IMG/VR virus record: IMGVR_UViG_3300029970_000012
Coordinates: 1 to 37,594 of that record
Length of the DNA stretch: 37,594 nt
Direction: 5' to 3' (one strand)
Origin: a virus
Below, piece by piece: positions 7,269 to 15,064 of this stretch. The notes beneath the pieces are model-generated. The model was not told where the DNA came from and did not search any database. It saw only the letters and a program-made list of their open reading frames with translations. The position numbers were made by a program, and so were the translations under genes. Position 1 is the stretch's first letter. Each line of letters begins with the position of its first letter.

Positions 7269-7796
7269 TTATTCTTTAGAATTAAAATATTTTTTTATAC
7301 TTTTTTCAACTATACAATTATTTAAAAATACATCTTTTGATAAATCCAAACCTAATAATGAATTTGTAAGAAATTCATTAAATTTTACAATAGAGTCTGT
7401 AGTGTCTAGGTGGGTTAAAAGTGTTAAATCTATACTTACTACAATTGAATTTATTAATGTGAATTTTGCTGTAAATACATTTTCTAATTCAACTTTTGTT
7501 ATTATAGGTAAAAGTTTATAATTAATAGTATAAAAATAATTTAATCCCTCTAATTGTTTTAAAGTTTTTAAAGAGTTTGTATGTTCTGAGTTACTTATTT
7601 TATGTTCATAATAATTATAAACATAGAACAATAGTACACACAGAAGAAAGAAGCAAATTGTATGTGTATTATCAAACATAGTAGTATTAAATAATTCATT
7701 TAGTAGTTTAGGAAGATTACTTGATACTAATAAAAAAGCATAAAGGCATAAGAAAACAAAAATGCCCATTAAAATTTTATCTATAATCTTTTTCAT
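7269..7796 (-). CDS. Membrane protein, candidate superinfection-exclusion (Sie-like) protein
   Basis: 175 aa with two N-terminal TM segments (GIFVFLCLYAFLLV; ICFFLLCVLLFYVY). It lies between int and the repressor, where lactococcal/streptococcal phages carry sie genes. Confidence 0.45.
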   Translation of the reverse strand: MKKIIDKILMGIFVFLCLYAFLLVSSNLPKLLNELFNTTMFDNTHTICFFLLCVLLFYVYNYYEHKISNSEHTNSLKTLKQLEGLNYFYTINYKLLPIITKVELENVFTAKFTLINSIVVSIDLTLLTHLDTTDSIVKFNEFLTNSLLGLDLSKDVFLNNCIVEKSIKKYFNSKE

Positions 7797-7799
7797 ATT

Positions 7800-8447
7800 T
7801 TAAAACTCCCTTTTTAATTGTTTCACAACACCAACTATAGTTACGGGCATATTTTTAATTTCTTCATTAGTAAATATAAGTGGTGTATATGTTGGATTAA
7901 GTGGCTGTAATATAATTCCTTGCTCTGTCTTTCTTACTTTTTTTATTGTACCTTCATCACCATTTACAATTACAATAGCTATTTGATTATTTTCACAGCC
8001 ATTTTGTTGTTTTATTATAACAATGTCATCTTCAACAAATACTGGCGACATACTATCGCCTTTAACTTTTAAAGCAAAATATTCCGAACCATCTCCAACT
8101 AAAGATTTTTCAACATTAATAGTACCTTCTAAATTTTCTTGTGCCAAATAATCATAACCTGCTCTTACTGCTCCAACTAAAGGAATAGGAGATACTGGAT
8201 TACCTAGCTCGTCTAAAACTACATTTCTATCCATTGGTATATCATATCCCATTAGCCAAATTTCATTAATATTTAAAGCTTTTGCTAATATAGTCAATTT
8301 GTCTTGTTTAGCATTAGTAACGCCAGATAAATATTTATTAATTAAAGTTTTATCTAAGTGAGTCTTTTCAACTAAATCAACTTGTTTCATATTTCTAATG
8401 TTCATAGCCTTTTGTAATCTATTTTGAAAAGTATCAATAGGTTTCAT
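7800..8447 (-). CDS. cI: CI/LexA-like repressor (N-terminal XRE HTH plus C-terminal S24 autopeptidase)
   Basis: HTH: MKQVDLVEKTHLDKTLINKYLSG. S24 domain: ALKVKGDSMSPVF...GTIKKV (Ser/Lys dyad). Divergent from the Cro-like gene. Confidence 0.9.
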   Translation of the reverse strand: MKPIDTFQNRLQKAMNIRNMKQVDLVEKTHLDKTLINKYLSGVTNAKQDKLTILAKALNINEIWLMGYDIPMDRNVVLDELGNPVSPIPLVGAVRAGYDYLAQENLEGTINVEKSLVGDGSEYFALKVKGDSMSPVFVEDDIVIIKQQNGCENNQIAIVIVNGDEGTIKKVRKTEQGIILQPLNPTYTPLIFTNEEIKNMPVTIVGVVKQLKREF

Positions 8448-8467
8448 ATAAGCACCTCCATAATTGT

Positions 8468-8496
8468 ATTATACATAAAAATTGAAATTAAATCAA
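8468..8496 (-). promoter_or_regulatory. Repressor (PRM-like) promoter TTGATT-17-TATAAT
   Basis: Read on the minus strand: the -35 is at plus coordinates 8491-8496 and the -10 at 8468-8473. Confidence 0.6.
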
Positions 8497-8497
8497 T
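8481..8497. promoter_or_regulatory. Candidate operator O3 (ATTGAAATTAAATCAAT)
   Basis: 17-bp imperfect palindrome related to O1 and O2. It overlaps the -35 of the repressor promoter. Confidence 0.4.
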
Positions 8498-8522
8498 GCA
8501 TTTTTACAAAAAATATAAAAAA

Positions 8523-8539
8523 GTTGAAAAAAATTCTAA
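8523..8539. promoter_or_regulatory. Candidate operator O2 (GTTGAAAAAAATTCTAA)
   Basis: Shares GTTGAAAA-N-AATTC with O1. Confidence 0.4.
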
Positions 8540-8546
8540 AAAAGTG

Positions 8547-8575
8547 TTGACAAAAAAAATAACATTTGATAATAT
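8547..8575 (+). promoter_or_regulatory. Early rightward (PR-like) promoter TTGACA-17-TAATAT
   Basis: TTGACA at 8547-8552 and TAATAT at 8570-8575, 44 nt upstream of the Cro-like ATG. Confidence 0.65.
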
Positions 8576-8587
8576 AAGCACAACAAA

Positions 8588-8604
8588 GTTGAAAACAATT
8601 CAAC
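8588..8604. promoter_or_regulatory. Candidate operator O1 (GTTGAAaacaaTTCAAC, perfect 6-5-6 palindrome)
   Basis: Sits just downstream of the PR-like -10. Confidence 0.5.
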
Positions 8605-8619
8605 AAAAGGAGGTGTAAT

Positions 8620-8859
8620 ATGATTGAGTATAATTTTGATAAACTTAAAGGTAAAATAAAAGAAGTATTTGGCACACAAAATGAATTTGCTAAAAATATG
8701 GTAATGGCTCCAAATACCTTAAGTCTAAAGCTAAAAAGTCAAACTTATTTTTCTAGCGAAGAAATAAGCAAAGCGGTAGAACTATTAAAAATTAATAATC
8801 CTGCAGAAGCTTGGAATATTTTTTTTAACGAAAAAGTAGAAAAAAAATCAACAAAATAA
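8620..8859 (+). CDS. cro: Cro-like early regulator (DUF739-type HTH)
   Basis: 79 aa: ...LKGKIKEVFGTQNEFAKNMVMAPNTLSLKLKSQTYFS.EEI. Divergent from cI; AAGGAGGTG RBS. Confidence 0.75.
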   Translation: MIEYNFDKLKGKIKEVFGTQNEFAKNMVMAPNTLSLKLKSQTYFSSEEISKAVELLKINNPAEAWNIFFNEKVEKKSTK

Positions 8860-8890
8860 TGCGACACGACACAAAATAAAACGAAAGAAG

Positions 8891-9139
8891 GTGATTACAT
8901 TGCAAGATGAAATATTGATGATTTTACAAAGTATTAATGAAAATTTAGAAGAATTAAATAAAAAAGGAAATCTTCCTAAATTAATATATGCGAAAGAAAT
9001 AGCAGAAAATTATCAAGTGAATTTAAACAAGGCGACTAACTTTTGCAAAAAATATGGAACAAATTTCGGAGGATATTGTATAGAAGCAGATAAATTTAAA
9101 GAAGTTCTGCAAACAAAAGGTATAGGAATTTTTAGTTAG
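8891..9139 (+). CDS. Hypothetical small DNA-binding-like protein (possible Xis/regulator); start uncertain (TTG 8900 or ATG 8918 more likely than GTG 8891)
   Basis: ORF with an AAGGTGA RBS. HTH-like stretch AKEIAENYQVNLNKATNFCKKYG. Confidence 0.45.
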   Translation: MITLQDEILMILQSINENLEELNKKGNLPKLIYAKEIAENYQVNLNKATNFCKKYGTNFGGYCIEADKFKEVLQTKGIGIFS

Positions 9140-9157
9140 AAAGGCAGGTGAATAGAG

Positions 9158-9334
9158 ATGGAGATAAAAGATTATTTAAAAGATGAATTAAAAAGATTAA
9201 ACAGAATGAATGACAAAATAGAAAAAGAAATTAACACAGGTAGAGCAATAAATAATGAGCCTGAACAAATAGTAAATAATGTAAAAGCTATGTGCAATAT
9301 AGCTATCACATTAAATGAAATTAGAGATTATTAA
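9158..9334 (+). CDS. Hypothetical 58-aa protein
   Basis: GGCAGGTG RBS. The stop overlaps the stop of the convergent minus gene on a shared TTAA. Below the ORF-track cutoff. Confidence 0.5.
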   Translation: MEIKDYLKDELKRLNRMNDKIEKEINTGRAINNEPEQIVNNVKAMCNIAITLNEIRDY

Positions 9335-9549
9335 AATGTTTGAATTTTAGCAATAGATTCATCAAGGCTAGGACGTTGAATATCTAAGCAACCTAAATTT
9401 TGATAAATAGTAGCATATAAAGAAGCAACTTGTATACCAAGCTCTTTATTATATTTTACATTATCATCATATGAATCAGCATGTGTAGTTTGTCTTAAAT
9501 TAGGTATTCTTGCAAGTGTAAGTTGCAGAGCAATTTCTTCTTTGGTCAT
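9331..9549 (-). CDS. Hypothetical 72-aa protein, antisense 'moron' inside the early operon
   Basis: RBS AGAAAGGTGGTGAT, and its own extended -10 promoter (TGtTATAAT, plus coordinates 9588-9596). Confidence 0.65.
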   Translation of the reverse strand: MTKEEIALQLTLARIPNLRQTTHADSYDDNVKYNKELGIQVASLYATIYQNLGCLDIQRPSLDESIAKIQTF

Positions 9550-9587
9550 AATATCACCACCTTTCTGTGGTGTTCAGGCTCAAAGTG

Positions 9588-9596
9588 ATTATAACA
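9588..9596 (-). promoter_or_regulatory. Extended -10 promoter (TGtTATAAT) of the 72-aa gene
   Basis: Reverse complement of attataaca. Confidence 0.5.
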
Positions 9597-9661
9597 ATAC
9601 AAAAATGAAAAAGTTGTCGAAAACTGTCGAATAAAATAAAAATTTGAAAGGAGTGATACAA

Positions 9662-9832
9662 ATGAATGAATTAAAAATAATAATAGGAAATACAATGATG
9701 ATAAGTTTTACATCATTAATAGCAGTAGAAATCATACACGAAATTGCAACAAGAATAAAAAATAAGCAAAAAATGAAACGTAATCAGCAAATTATACGTA
9801 CAAGCTTAAAAATATTAAAAAGTGTGTATTAG
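9662..9832 (+). CDS. Hypothetical 56-aa protein with one hydrophobic segment
   Basis: AAAGGAG RBS 8 nt before the ATG at 9662, preferred over the TTG at 9644. Confidence 0.5.
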   Translation: MNELKIIIGNTMMISFTSLIAVEIIHEIATRIKNKQKMKRNQQIIRTSLKILKSVY

Positions 9833-9852
9833 ATGAAAGGAAGTGAAAAAGA

Positions 9853-10152
9853 ATGTTTAATATTTTTGGAAGAACAAAAACAATAGGGAGACAAAGCGAA
9901 AAGATAAAAAGACAAGAAGACTTAATAAGCGAGCAAAATGAAGAATGGGCAGTATTATACGCAGAGAATAAAGAATTAAGATTTGAAAATGAAGAATTAA
10001 AGTTTAACAAAGACATAGCTGAAAGAAGAAATGTCGAATATGCAAGAATGGTAAAAGCTATTGCAGATGAATTAAATACTAATCAATACAACAGTGTTGA
10101 AAACTTAACAAACAAAATAAAAAGTATGCTATGTGTCGGCAAACATTTCTAG
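9853..10152 (+). CDS. Hypothetical coiled-coil protein (99 aa)
   Basis: ORF with RBS in the early operon. Confidence 0.55.
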   Translation: MFNIFGRTKTIGRQSEKIKRQEDLISEQNEEWAVLYAENKELRFENEELKFNKDIAERRNVEYARMVKAIADELNTNQYNSVENLTNKIKSMLCVGKHF

Positions 10153-10235
10153 CATACTAATAAAAAATATTTAGATAAACATTCTCTTTGATTATATTAA
10201 CATAATTTAAAGAGAAATGCAAGAGGGAGTTTTTT

Positions 10236-10424
10236 ATGGAAGAAGAAGATTTGAGACAAGAAATTATACAGTTACATATATGTCTAGAACATCTAAAAAA
10301 CGCAAAAAACAGCTTAAAAGATACAGGTGAATATACAGACAAAGTATACGAGGAAATACATAATTTAATTGAAAAAATAAACGTTTTTAGAATGAATAAA
10401 GAAATTGAATTGGAGGAAATGTGA
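10236..10424 (+). CDS. Hypothetical protein (62 aa)
   Basis: GAGGGAG RBS; the stop overlaps the next start. Confidence 0.5.
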   Translation: MEEEDLRQEIIQLHICLEHLKNAKNSLKDTGEYTDKVYEEIHNLIEKINVFRMNKEIELEEM

Positions 10425-11251
10425 TGGAAAATCAAGAGTTAATAGTTGTTAAGCAATTACCTGAGATTGAAGAACATTTAAAGAATGTATCTTTAGAAAT
10501 AGATAAAAAAGTAAATGAAGCTAGAAGTTTAGTTTGTACAGAAGAGAATAAACAAGCAGTTAAAAATATAAGAGCAGAATTAAAGAAAGAATTAGAACAA
10601 TTTGAAATACAAAGAAAAGCTGTAAAAGAAAAAGTATTAGCACCATATATGCAATTTGAAGAAGTGTATAAAGAGTGTATTTCAGATAAATTCAGAGAAG
10701 CAGATAAAGATTTAAAAGAAAAAATAGATGCAATAGAAATAGAACAAAAAAAGAGATTAGAAGATGGAGCAAGAGAGTATTTTGAAGAATACATGGCTAG
10801 TAAAAATATCGATTTTATAAAATTTGAAAGACTAGGATTAAAAGTAGGTTTAAGTGACAATCCTACAAAATTAAAAAAACAAATAACAGCATTTATAGAC
10901 AAAATAGTTGATGACTTAAATTTAATTGAAACACAAGAACATAAGGCGGAGATTTTAGTTGAATATAAACAAACATTAAATGTATCACAAGCAATAACAA
11001 GTGTGACAAATAGATTTAAGGCTATTGAAGAAGAAAAGAAAAAAATAGAACAAGAAAAAGAACTTCAAAAATTTGTTGTGGATACTGCAAAAGAGTCAGA
11101 TAAGTATAGTGAGCAAATAATATTAAATTCACCATCCGTAGAAGAAAAAACAGAAGAAATTTTAACTTTAAAATTTACAGTAAGAGGAACAAGAACAAAA
11201 TTAAGAGAATTAAAACAATTTTTAGAAAGTGGAGGTTACGATTATGAGTAA
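10424..11251 (+). CDS. DUF1351-like protein (RecT-associated recombination module)
   Basis: About 275 aa. N-terminus ...LIVVKQLPEIEEHLKNVSLEIDKKV... and position directly upstream of recT, as in many Bacillota siphophages. Confidence 0.6.
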   Translation: MENQELIVVKQLPEIEEHLKNVSLEIDKKVNEARSLVCTEENKQAVKNIRAELKKELEQFEIQRKAVKEKVLAPYMQFEEVYKECISDKFREADKDLKEKIDAIEIEQKKRLEDGAREYFEEYMASKNIDFIKFERLGLKVGLSDNPTKLKKQITAFIDKIVDDLNLIETQEHKAEILVEYKQTLNVSQAITSVTNRFKAIEEEKKKIEQEKELQKFVVDTAKESDKYSEQIILNSPSVEEKTEEILTLKFTVRGTRTKLRELKQFLESGGYDYE

Positions 11252-11927
11252 TGAAGTACAAAAAAATAATGAATTAATGGTCAAATTTGATATTGACGGA
11301 AATGAAATAAAATTAACACCAAGTATAGTGCAAGAGTATATAGTAGGAACAGATGCAAAAATAACAAATCAAGAATTTAAACTATTTACAGAACTTTGTA
11401 AAGTTAGAAAATTAAACCCATTCTTAAGAGAAGCATATTTAATTAAATATAAAGCAGGAGTACCTGCACAATTAGTAGTAGGAAAAGATGCTATTTTAAA
11501 AAGAGCAGTATTAAATCCAAATTATGACGGAATGGAAAGTGGAATCATAGTTCAAAAAAATGATGGAACAGTAGAAGAAAGACAAGGAACATTTAGATTA
11601 GGTAGTGAACAGCTTGTAGGTGGTTGGGCTAGAGTATTTAGAAAAGACTGGTCACATCCTACATATTCAAGTGTAAGTTTTAGTGAAGTAGCGCAAAAAA
11701 CAGGACAAGGACAATTAAATTCAAATTGGGGAAGTAAAGGAGCAACAATGGTTGAAAAAGTTGCAAAAGTAAGAGCATTAAGAGAAACATTTGTTGAAGA
11801 TTTAGCTGGAATGTATGAAGCAGAGGAAATTCAACAAGATATTCCACGACAAGAACCAATTGAGGTACAAGCTGATGTTATAGAACAAACAGAAGAAACA
11901 AAAGAGGTATCTATGAATGAATTATAA
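11244..11927 (+). CDS. recT: RecT-family single-strand annealing recombinase
   Basis: NPFLREAYLIKY...QLVVGKDAILKRA...YDGMESG...LVGGWARVFRKD pattern. The ATG at 11244 has a GGAGG RBS. Confidence 0.85.
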   Translation: MSNEVQKNNELMVKFDIDGNEIKLTPSIVQEYIVGTDAKITNQEFKLFTELCKVRKLNPFLREAYLIKYKAGVPAQLVVGKDAILKRAVLNPNYDGMESGIIVQKNDGTVEERQGTFRLGSEQLVGGWARVFRKDWSHPTYSSVSFSEVAQKTGQGQLNSNWGSKGATMVEKVAKVRALRETFVEDLAGMYEAEEIQQDIPRQEPIEVQADVIEQTEETKEVSMNEL

Positions 11928-12552
11928 AATTATATCTAGTTGTAGTTCAGGAAACGCAACAATAATAAGAGACATAATTTTAATAGATTGTGGAGTTACT
12001 TTTAAAAGATTAGAAAAATATTATAAAAAACTAAAGATTGTATTTCTTACACATATACATTCAGACCACTTTAAGAAAGAAACAATTAAGAAATTAGCAC
12101 AAGAAAGACCAACTTTAAGATTTGCTTGTTGTGAATGGTTATTAAAACCCCTTTTAGAATGTGGAATTGAAAGAAGCAATATAGATATACTTCAAATTGG
12201 TACTAAATACGATTATAAGCTATTTAAAATTGTACCAATTAAATTATATCACGATGTACCACAATGTGGTTATAGAGTGCTATTTGAAGATTATAAAGTA
12301 ATCTATATGACAGATACAAAAACAGTTGAAGGAATAAGTGCTAAAAATTATGATTTGTATCTTGTTGAAGGTAATTACGATGAAGATGAGATAGAAGAAA
12401 GAATAAAAGAAAAACAAAAAGACTGCAAATATGTATATGAATTTAGAACAAAAGATAGCCATTTAAGTAAACAACAAGCAAGTGAATTTTTATTAAATAA
12501 CATGGGAGAAAAATCAGAATATGTTTTTATGCATGAACATGTAGAAAGGTAA
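11917..12552 (+). CDS. Metallo-beta-lactamase-fold hydrolase (putative recombination exonuclease partner)
   Basis: HIHSDHF motif, then ...YHD... and ...DSH.... Follows recT. Confidence 0.7.
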   Translation: MNYKIISSCSSGNATIIRDIILIDCGVTFKRLEKYYKKLKIVFLTHIHSDHFKKETIKKLAQERPTLRFACCEWLLKPLLECGIERSNIDILQIGTKYDYKLFKIVPIKLYHDVPQCGYRVLFEDYKVIYMTDTKTVEGISAKNYDLYLVEGNYDEDEIEERIKEKQKDCKYVYEFRTKDSHLSKQQASEFLLNNMGEKSEYVFMHEHVER

Positions 12553-12556
12553 GAAA

Positions 12557-13021
12557 ATGGAATTTGAAAAATTATATATGTTTAATCCTTTCACAATTCA
12601 AAACGCAGATAGTCAAAAAATAGCAGATACATATAGCAGACTACAAAATGAATTAGTAGATGATGCAGATACAGGTTTTTTAGTATCAAAAAATATTGAA
12701 ATATATGCAAATATGAATTACTTAATCGGAGAAATGATAGCAAGAATACAACAAGAATATGACACATTAAAAACAGATATTTCAATAGCAGAAAACAAGC
12801 AAGTATATATGCAAAGAAAACAATGGCAAGAAACTAATAAAGAGAAAGCACCAGCTATGAGCTATTTTGAAGCTATGGCAAAAGAATATGTAAAAGAAGA
12901 TAGTAAAAAATTAGCAGAATTGGGAGCAAGATTGTTTAGATTTAAAAAAGCGTATGAAAGCATTGATAGTAAACAAAATGCTTTAAAAAAGAAAATAGAA
13001 GCAATTAGATATGAAATCTAA
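12557..13021 (+). CDS. Hypothetical helical protein (154 aa)
   Basis: ORF with RBS. Confidence 0.55.
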   Translation: MEFEKLYMFNPFTIQNADSQKIADTYSRLQNELVDDADTGFLVSKNIEIYANMNYLIGEMIARIQQEYDTLKTDISIAENKQVYMQRKQWQETNKEKAPAMSYFEAMAKEYVKEDSKKLAELGARLFRFKKAYESIDSKQNALKKKIEAIRYEI

Positions 13022-13025
13022 ATAA

Positions 13026-13082
13026 GTGGCACTAATAGAAGTTAATAAAGTAAGTAAGGAAAAATTAATTTATTAGTGCCAC
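13026..13082. repeat. 12-bp perfect inverted repeat gtggcactaata / tattagtgccac with a 33-nt spacer
   Basis: Read directly. Intergenic, with no T-run after it. Confidence 0.7.
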
Positions 13083-13104
13083 AAGGCCCTTAAAAAGGAG
13101 AAAT

Positions 13105-13512
13105 ATGATAGTAAAAGATTTAAGTAATAGTTTTAATCCTTGTCCGAAAAACATAACAAAAAAAGAAAAAGTTAAAACAAGGATTAAGCCAAAAAGTAAT
13201 AAATTAGCTAAATTAGAAAAAAACAGATTTAGCATAATAACAACAGACTTAGAACATTGTTATTTATGTACTAAACAAGGAATAAAAGATATTCCCAAAA
13301 ATGACTTTCACGAACTAATAGAAGGTAAAAACAGACAAGTTAGTATGAAATATGGATTAGTAATACCAATTTGTCGAAAATGTCACTATTTCGTGACAAA
13401 TGATAAAACTTTACAGGATAAATTGCATAAAGTTGCACAAAAAGAGTTCAAAAAGCACTATAAATTAGAAGACTTTGTGCAAATATTTGGAAAAAATTAT
13501 TTAGATAACTAG
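13105..13512 (+). CDS. Cys4 zinc-finger protein (HCYLC...CRKCH), possibly an HNH/NinG-like nuclease
   Basis: Two CxxC pairs and a DFHELIEG segment. Confidence 0.4.
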   Translation: MIVKDLSNSFNPCPKNITKKEKVKTRIKPKSNKLAKLEKNRFSIITTDLEHCYLCTKQGIKDIPKNDFHELIEGKNRQVSMKYGLVIPICRKCHYFVTNDKTLQDKLHKVAQKEFKKHYKLEDFVQIFGKNYLDN

Positions 13513-13550
13513 AGCTAAGCCCTAGTTATCAGAAAGGAGAACTAAAGAAT

Positions 13551-14336
13551 GTGGCTAGAAAAAGAATGATTGATCCTAATATATGGCAAAGTGAAGATTT
13601 TAGTAAATTATCGACACTAGGCAAATTAGTTTTTATAGGTCTATTTTCTCTTGCTGATGATGAAGGTAGAGGAAGATGTAATCCAGTTTATTTAAAGTCT
13701 ACATTGTTCCCTTACGAGGAAGGTATAAGAAGTGCCGACATAGATAAAACCTTATCAGAGATAAGCTCTAATATGTCCGTAATCTTTTACTCTTGTGACG
13801 GAAGTAGTTATTATAGCCTTTACAACTGGAATATCTGGCAAAAAATAGATAGACCAAGTGAAAGTAAGATACCAGAATATAACTCACAAGCAATGCAGAG
13901 ATTATTCGTCGAAGATTCGTCGAAGGTTCGTCGAGCAATCGTTCCTAATAAGAAAAGAATAGAAGATAATAAGAATATAAAAGAAGAGAACAGAAATAAA
14001 GTAGTCGAAATTTATAACACCTATTGCGTTAATTTGCCACGAGTTCAAAAACTTACTGACAAAAGAAATAAATCTATTGATAATTTTCTTAAAGAATTTA
14101 CAGAAGAGCAATTTGAAGATATATGTAAAATAGCTAATTCAACAAATTTTTTAATAGGGAAAAACGACAATGGCTGGAAGGCAGATTTTGATTTTCTTAT
14201 GAGAATAGATAAAGCTACTAACGTTATTGAAGGCAAATACAATAATGAAACGATAACAGAAGAAACAAAAAAGAAAAGATATAACAATTATGATCAACGC
14301 GGGTATACGAATTTGAATAGTTTATATGCAAATTAA
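13551..14336 (+). CDS. Replication initiation / replisome organiser protein
   Basis: GTG start with AAAGGAGAA RBS. N-terminus MARKRMIDPNIWQSEDF...LADDEGRG. C-terminus ...NGWKADFDFLMRIDKATNVIEGKY (conserved phage C-terminal type). Confidence 0.7.
   Translation: MARKRMIDPNIWQSEDFSKLSTLGKLVFIGLFSLADDEGRGRCNPVYLKSTLFPYEEGIRSADIDKTLSEISSNMSVIFYSCDGSSYYSLYNWNIWQKIDRPSESKIPEYNSQAMQRLFVEDSSKVRRAIVPNKKRIEDNKNIKEENRNKVVEIYNTYCVNLPRVQKLTDKRNKSIDNFLKEFTEEQFEDICKIANSTNFLIGKNDNGWKADFDFLMRIDKATNVIEGKYNNETITEETKKKRYNNYDQRGYTNLNSLYAN
13904..13936 (+). repeat. Three tandem 11-bp iterons ATTCGTCGAAG / ATTCGTCGAAG / GTTCGTCGAGC inside the replisome-organiser gene (candidate ori)
   Basis: Read directly. The period is one helical turn, and the repeats are GC-rich relative to the surrounding sequence. 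Confidence 0.55.
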
Positions 14337-14352
14337 GGGAGAGTGATAACAA

Positions 14353-14607
14353 ATGAAGACAACTCAAAAAGATAGAATAATAAATTACATTCGACAGTTT
14401 GGTTCGATAACAAGCTGGGAAGCATATCAAGATTTAGGAGTAATGCAATTAGGAGCAAGAATAGACCAACTAAAAAAAGAAGGCTATGAATTTACAACGG
14501 AATGGGTACAAAAGAAGAATAGATTTGGAGAAGATGTAAGTTTTAAAAGATATTATTTATCGGATATGGTAGCTCAAAATATGAGCCATATTCCAAGAAT
14601 AGATTAG
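14353..14607 (+). CDS. Winged-helix DNA-binding protein (HTH_39-like)
   Basis: ...RIINYIRQFGSITSWEAYQDLGVMQLGARIDQLKKEGYEF... pattern. Confidence 0.6.
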   Translation: MKTTQKDRIINYIRQFGSITSWEAYQDLGVMQLGARIDQLKKEGYEFTTEWVQKKNRFGEDVSFKRYYLSDMVAQNMSHIPRID

Positions 14608-14616
14608 GAGGGCATA

Positions 14617-14799
14617 ATGAATATAGATAAAGCATTAGAAATAACAAAAGACAGAATAGAATGCATGAAAGAATTTATTCCAAGTAATCAAAACGAGATT
14701 CAAATATCAATAGAAACATTAGAATATTTAAAATTTATAAAGAATTTATTGGAAAATTTAGGAGGTAGTTATGATAATAGTAAGTCAAAAAAAAGATGA
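14617..14799 (+). CDS. Hypothetical protein (60 aa)
   Basis: GGAGGG RBS. Confidence 0.5.
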   Translation: MNIDKALEITKDRIECMKEFIPSNQNEIQISIETLEYLKFIKNLLENLGGSYDNSKSKKR

Positions 14800-15061
14800 A
14801 ATTATAAATTTTGAAAATATTAACAATATTTATGTTTCTAGTGGCACACAAATTATAGCTTGTGCTAATATGGAGGATTGCAACTATACTTTAGGAAATT
14901 ATAAAACAAAAGAAAGAGCAAAAGAAGTATTGCAAGAAATTGCACAAAAATATTCAAGTTATTTGAAATTAGAAGGTGGACCAGCAATTTTACAAGGGCA
15001 AATGGATATACAACCTAATATATTTAATATTCCAAAAGCCTATGAAATGCCAGAGGATTAG
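14771..15061 (+). CDS. Hypothetical protein (96 aa)
   Basis: GGAGG RBS. Confidence 0.55.
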   Translation: MIIVSQKKDEIINFENINNIYVSSGTQIIACANMEDCNYTLGNYKTKERAKEVLQEIAQKYSSYLKLEGGPAILQGQMDIQPNIFNIPKAYEMPED

Positions 15062-15064
15062 CCT

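Noticed and set aside
7234-7521. Plus-strand ORF 7234..7521, plus 8424..8618 and 8493..8675 in the switch region
   Set aside because: They overlap the minus-strand membrane-protein gene or the promoter/operator region, have no RBS, and have implausible composition.
10432-10902. Long antisense ORFs in the track (such as 10432..10902, 26086..26631, 17807..18151, 30940..31275, 33426..33743 and 20995..21273, all on the minus strand)
   Set aside because: These are shadow ORFs inside well-supported plus-strand genes. They have low-complexity S/F/L/C-rich translations and no RBS, and are the kind of open frame expected opposite purine-rich, AT-rich coding sequence.
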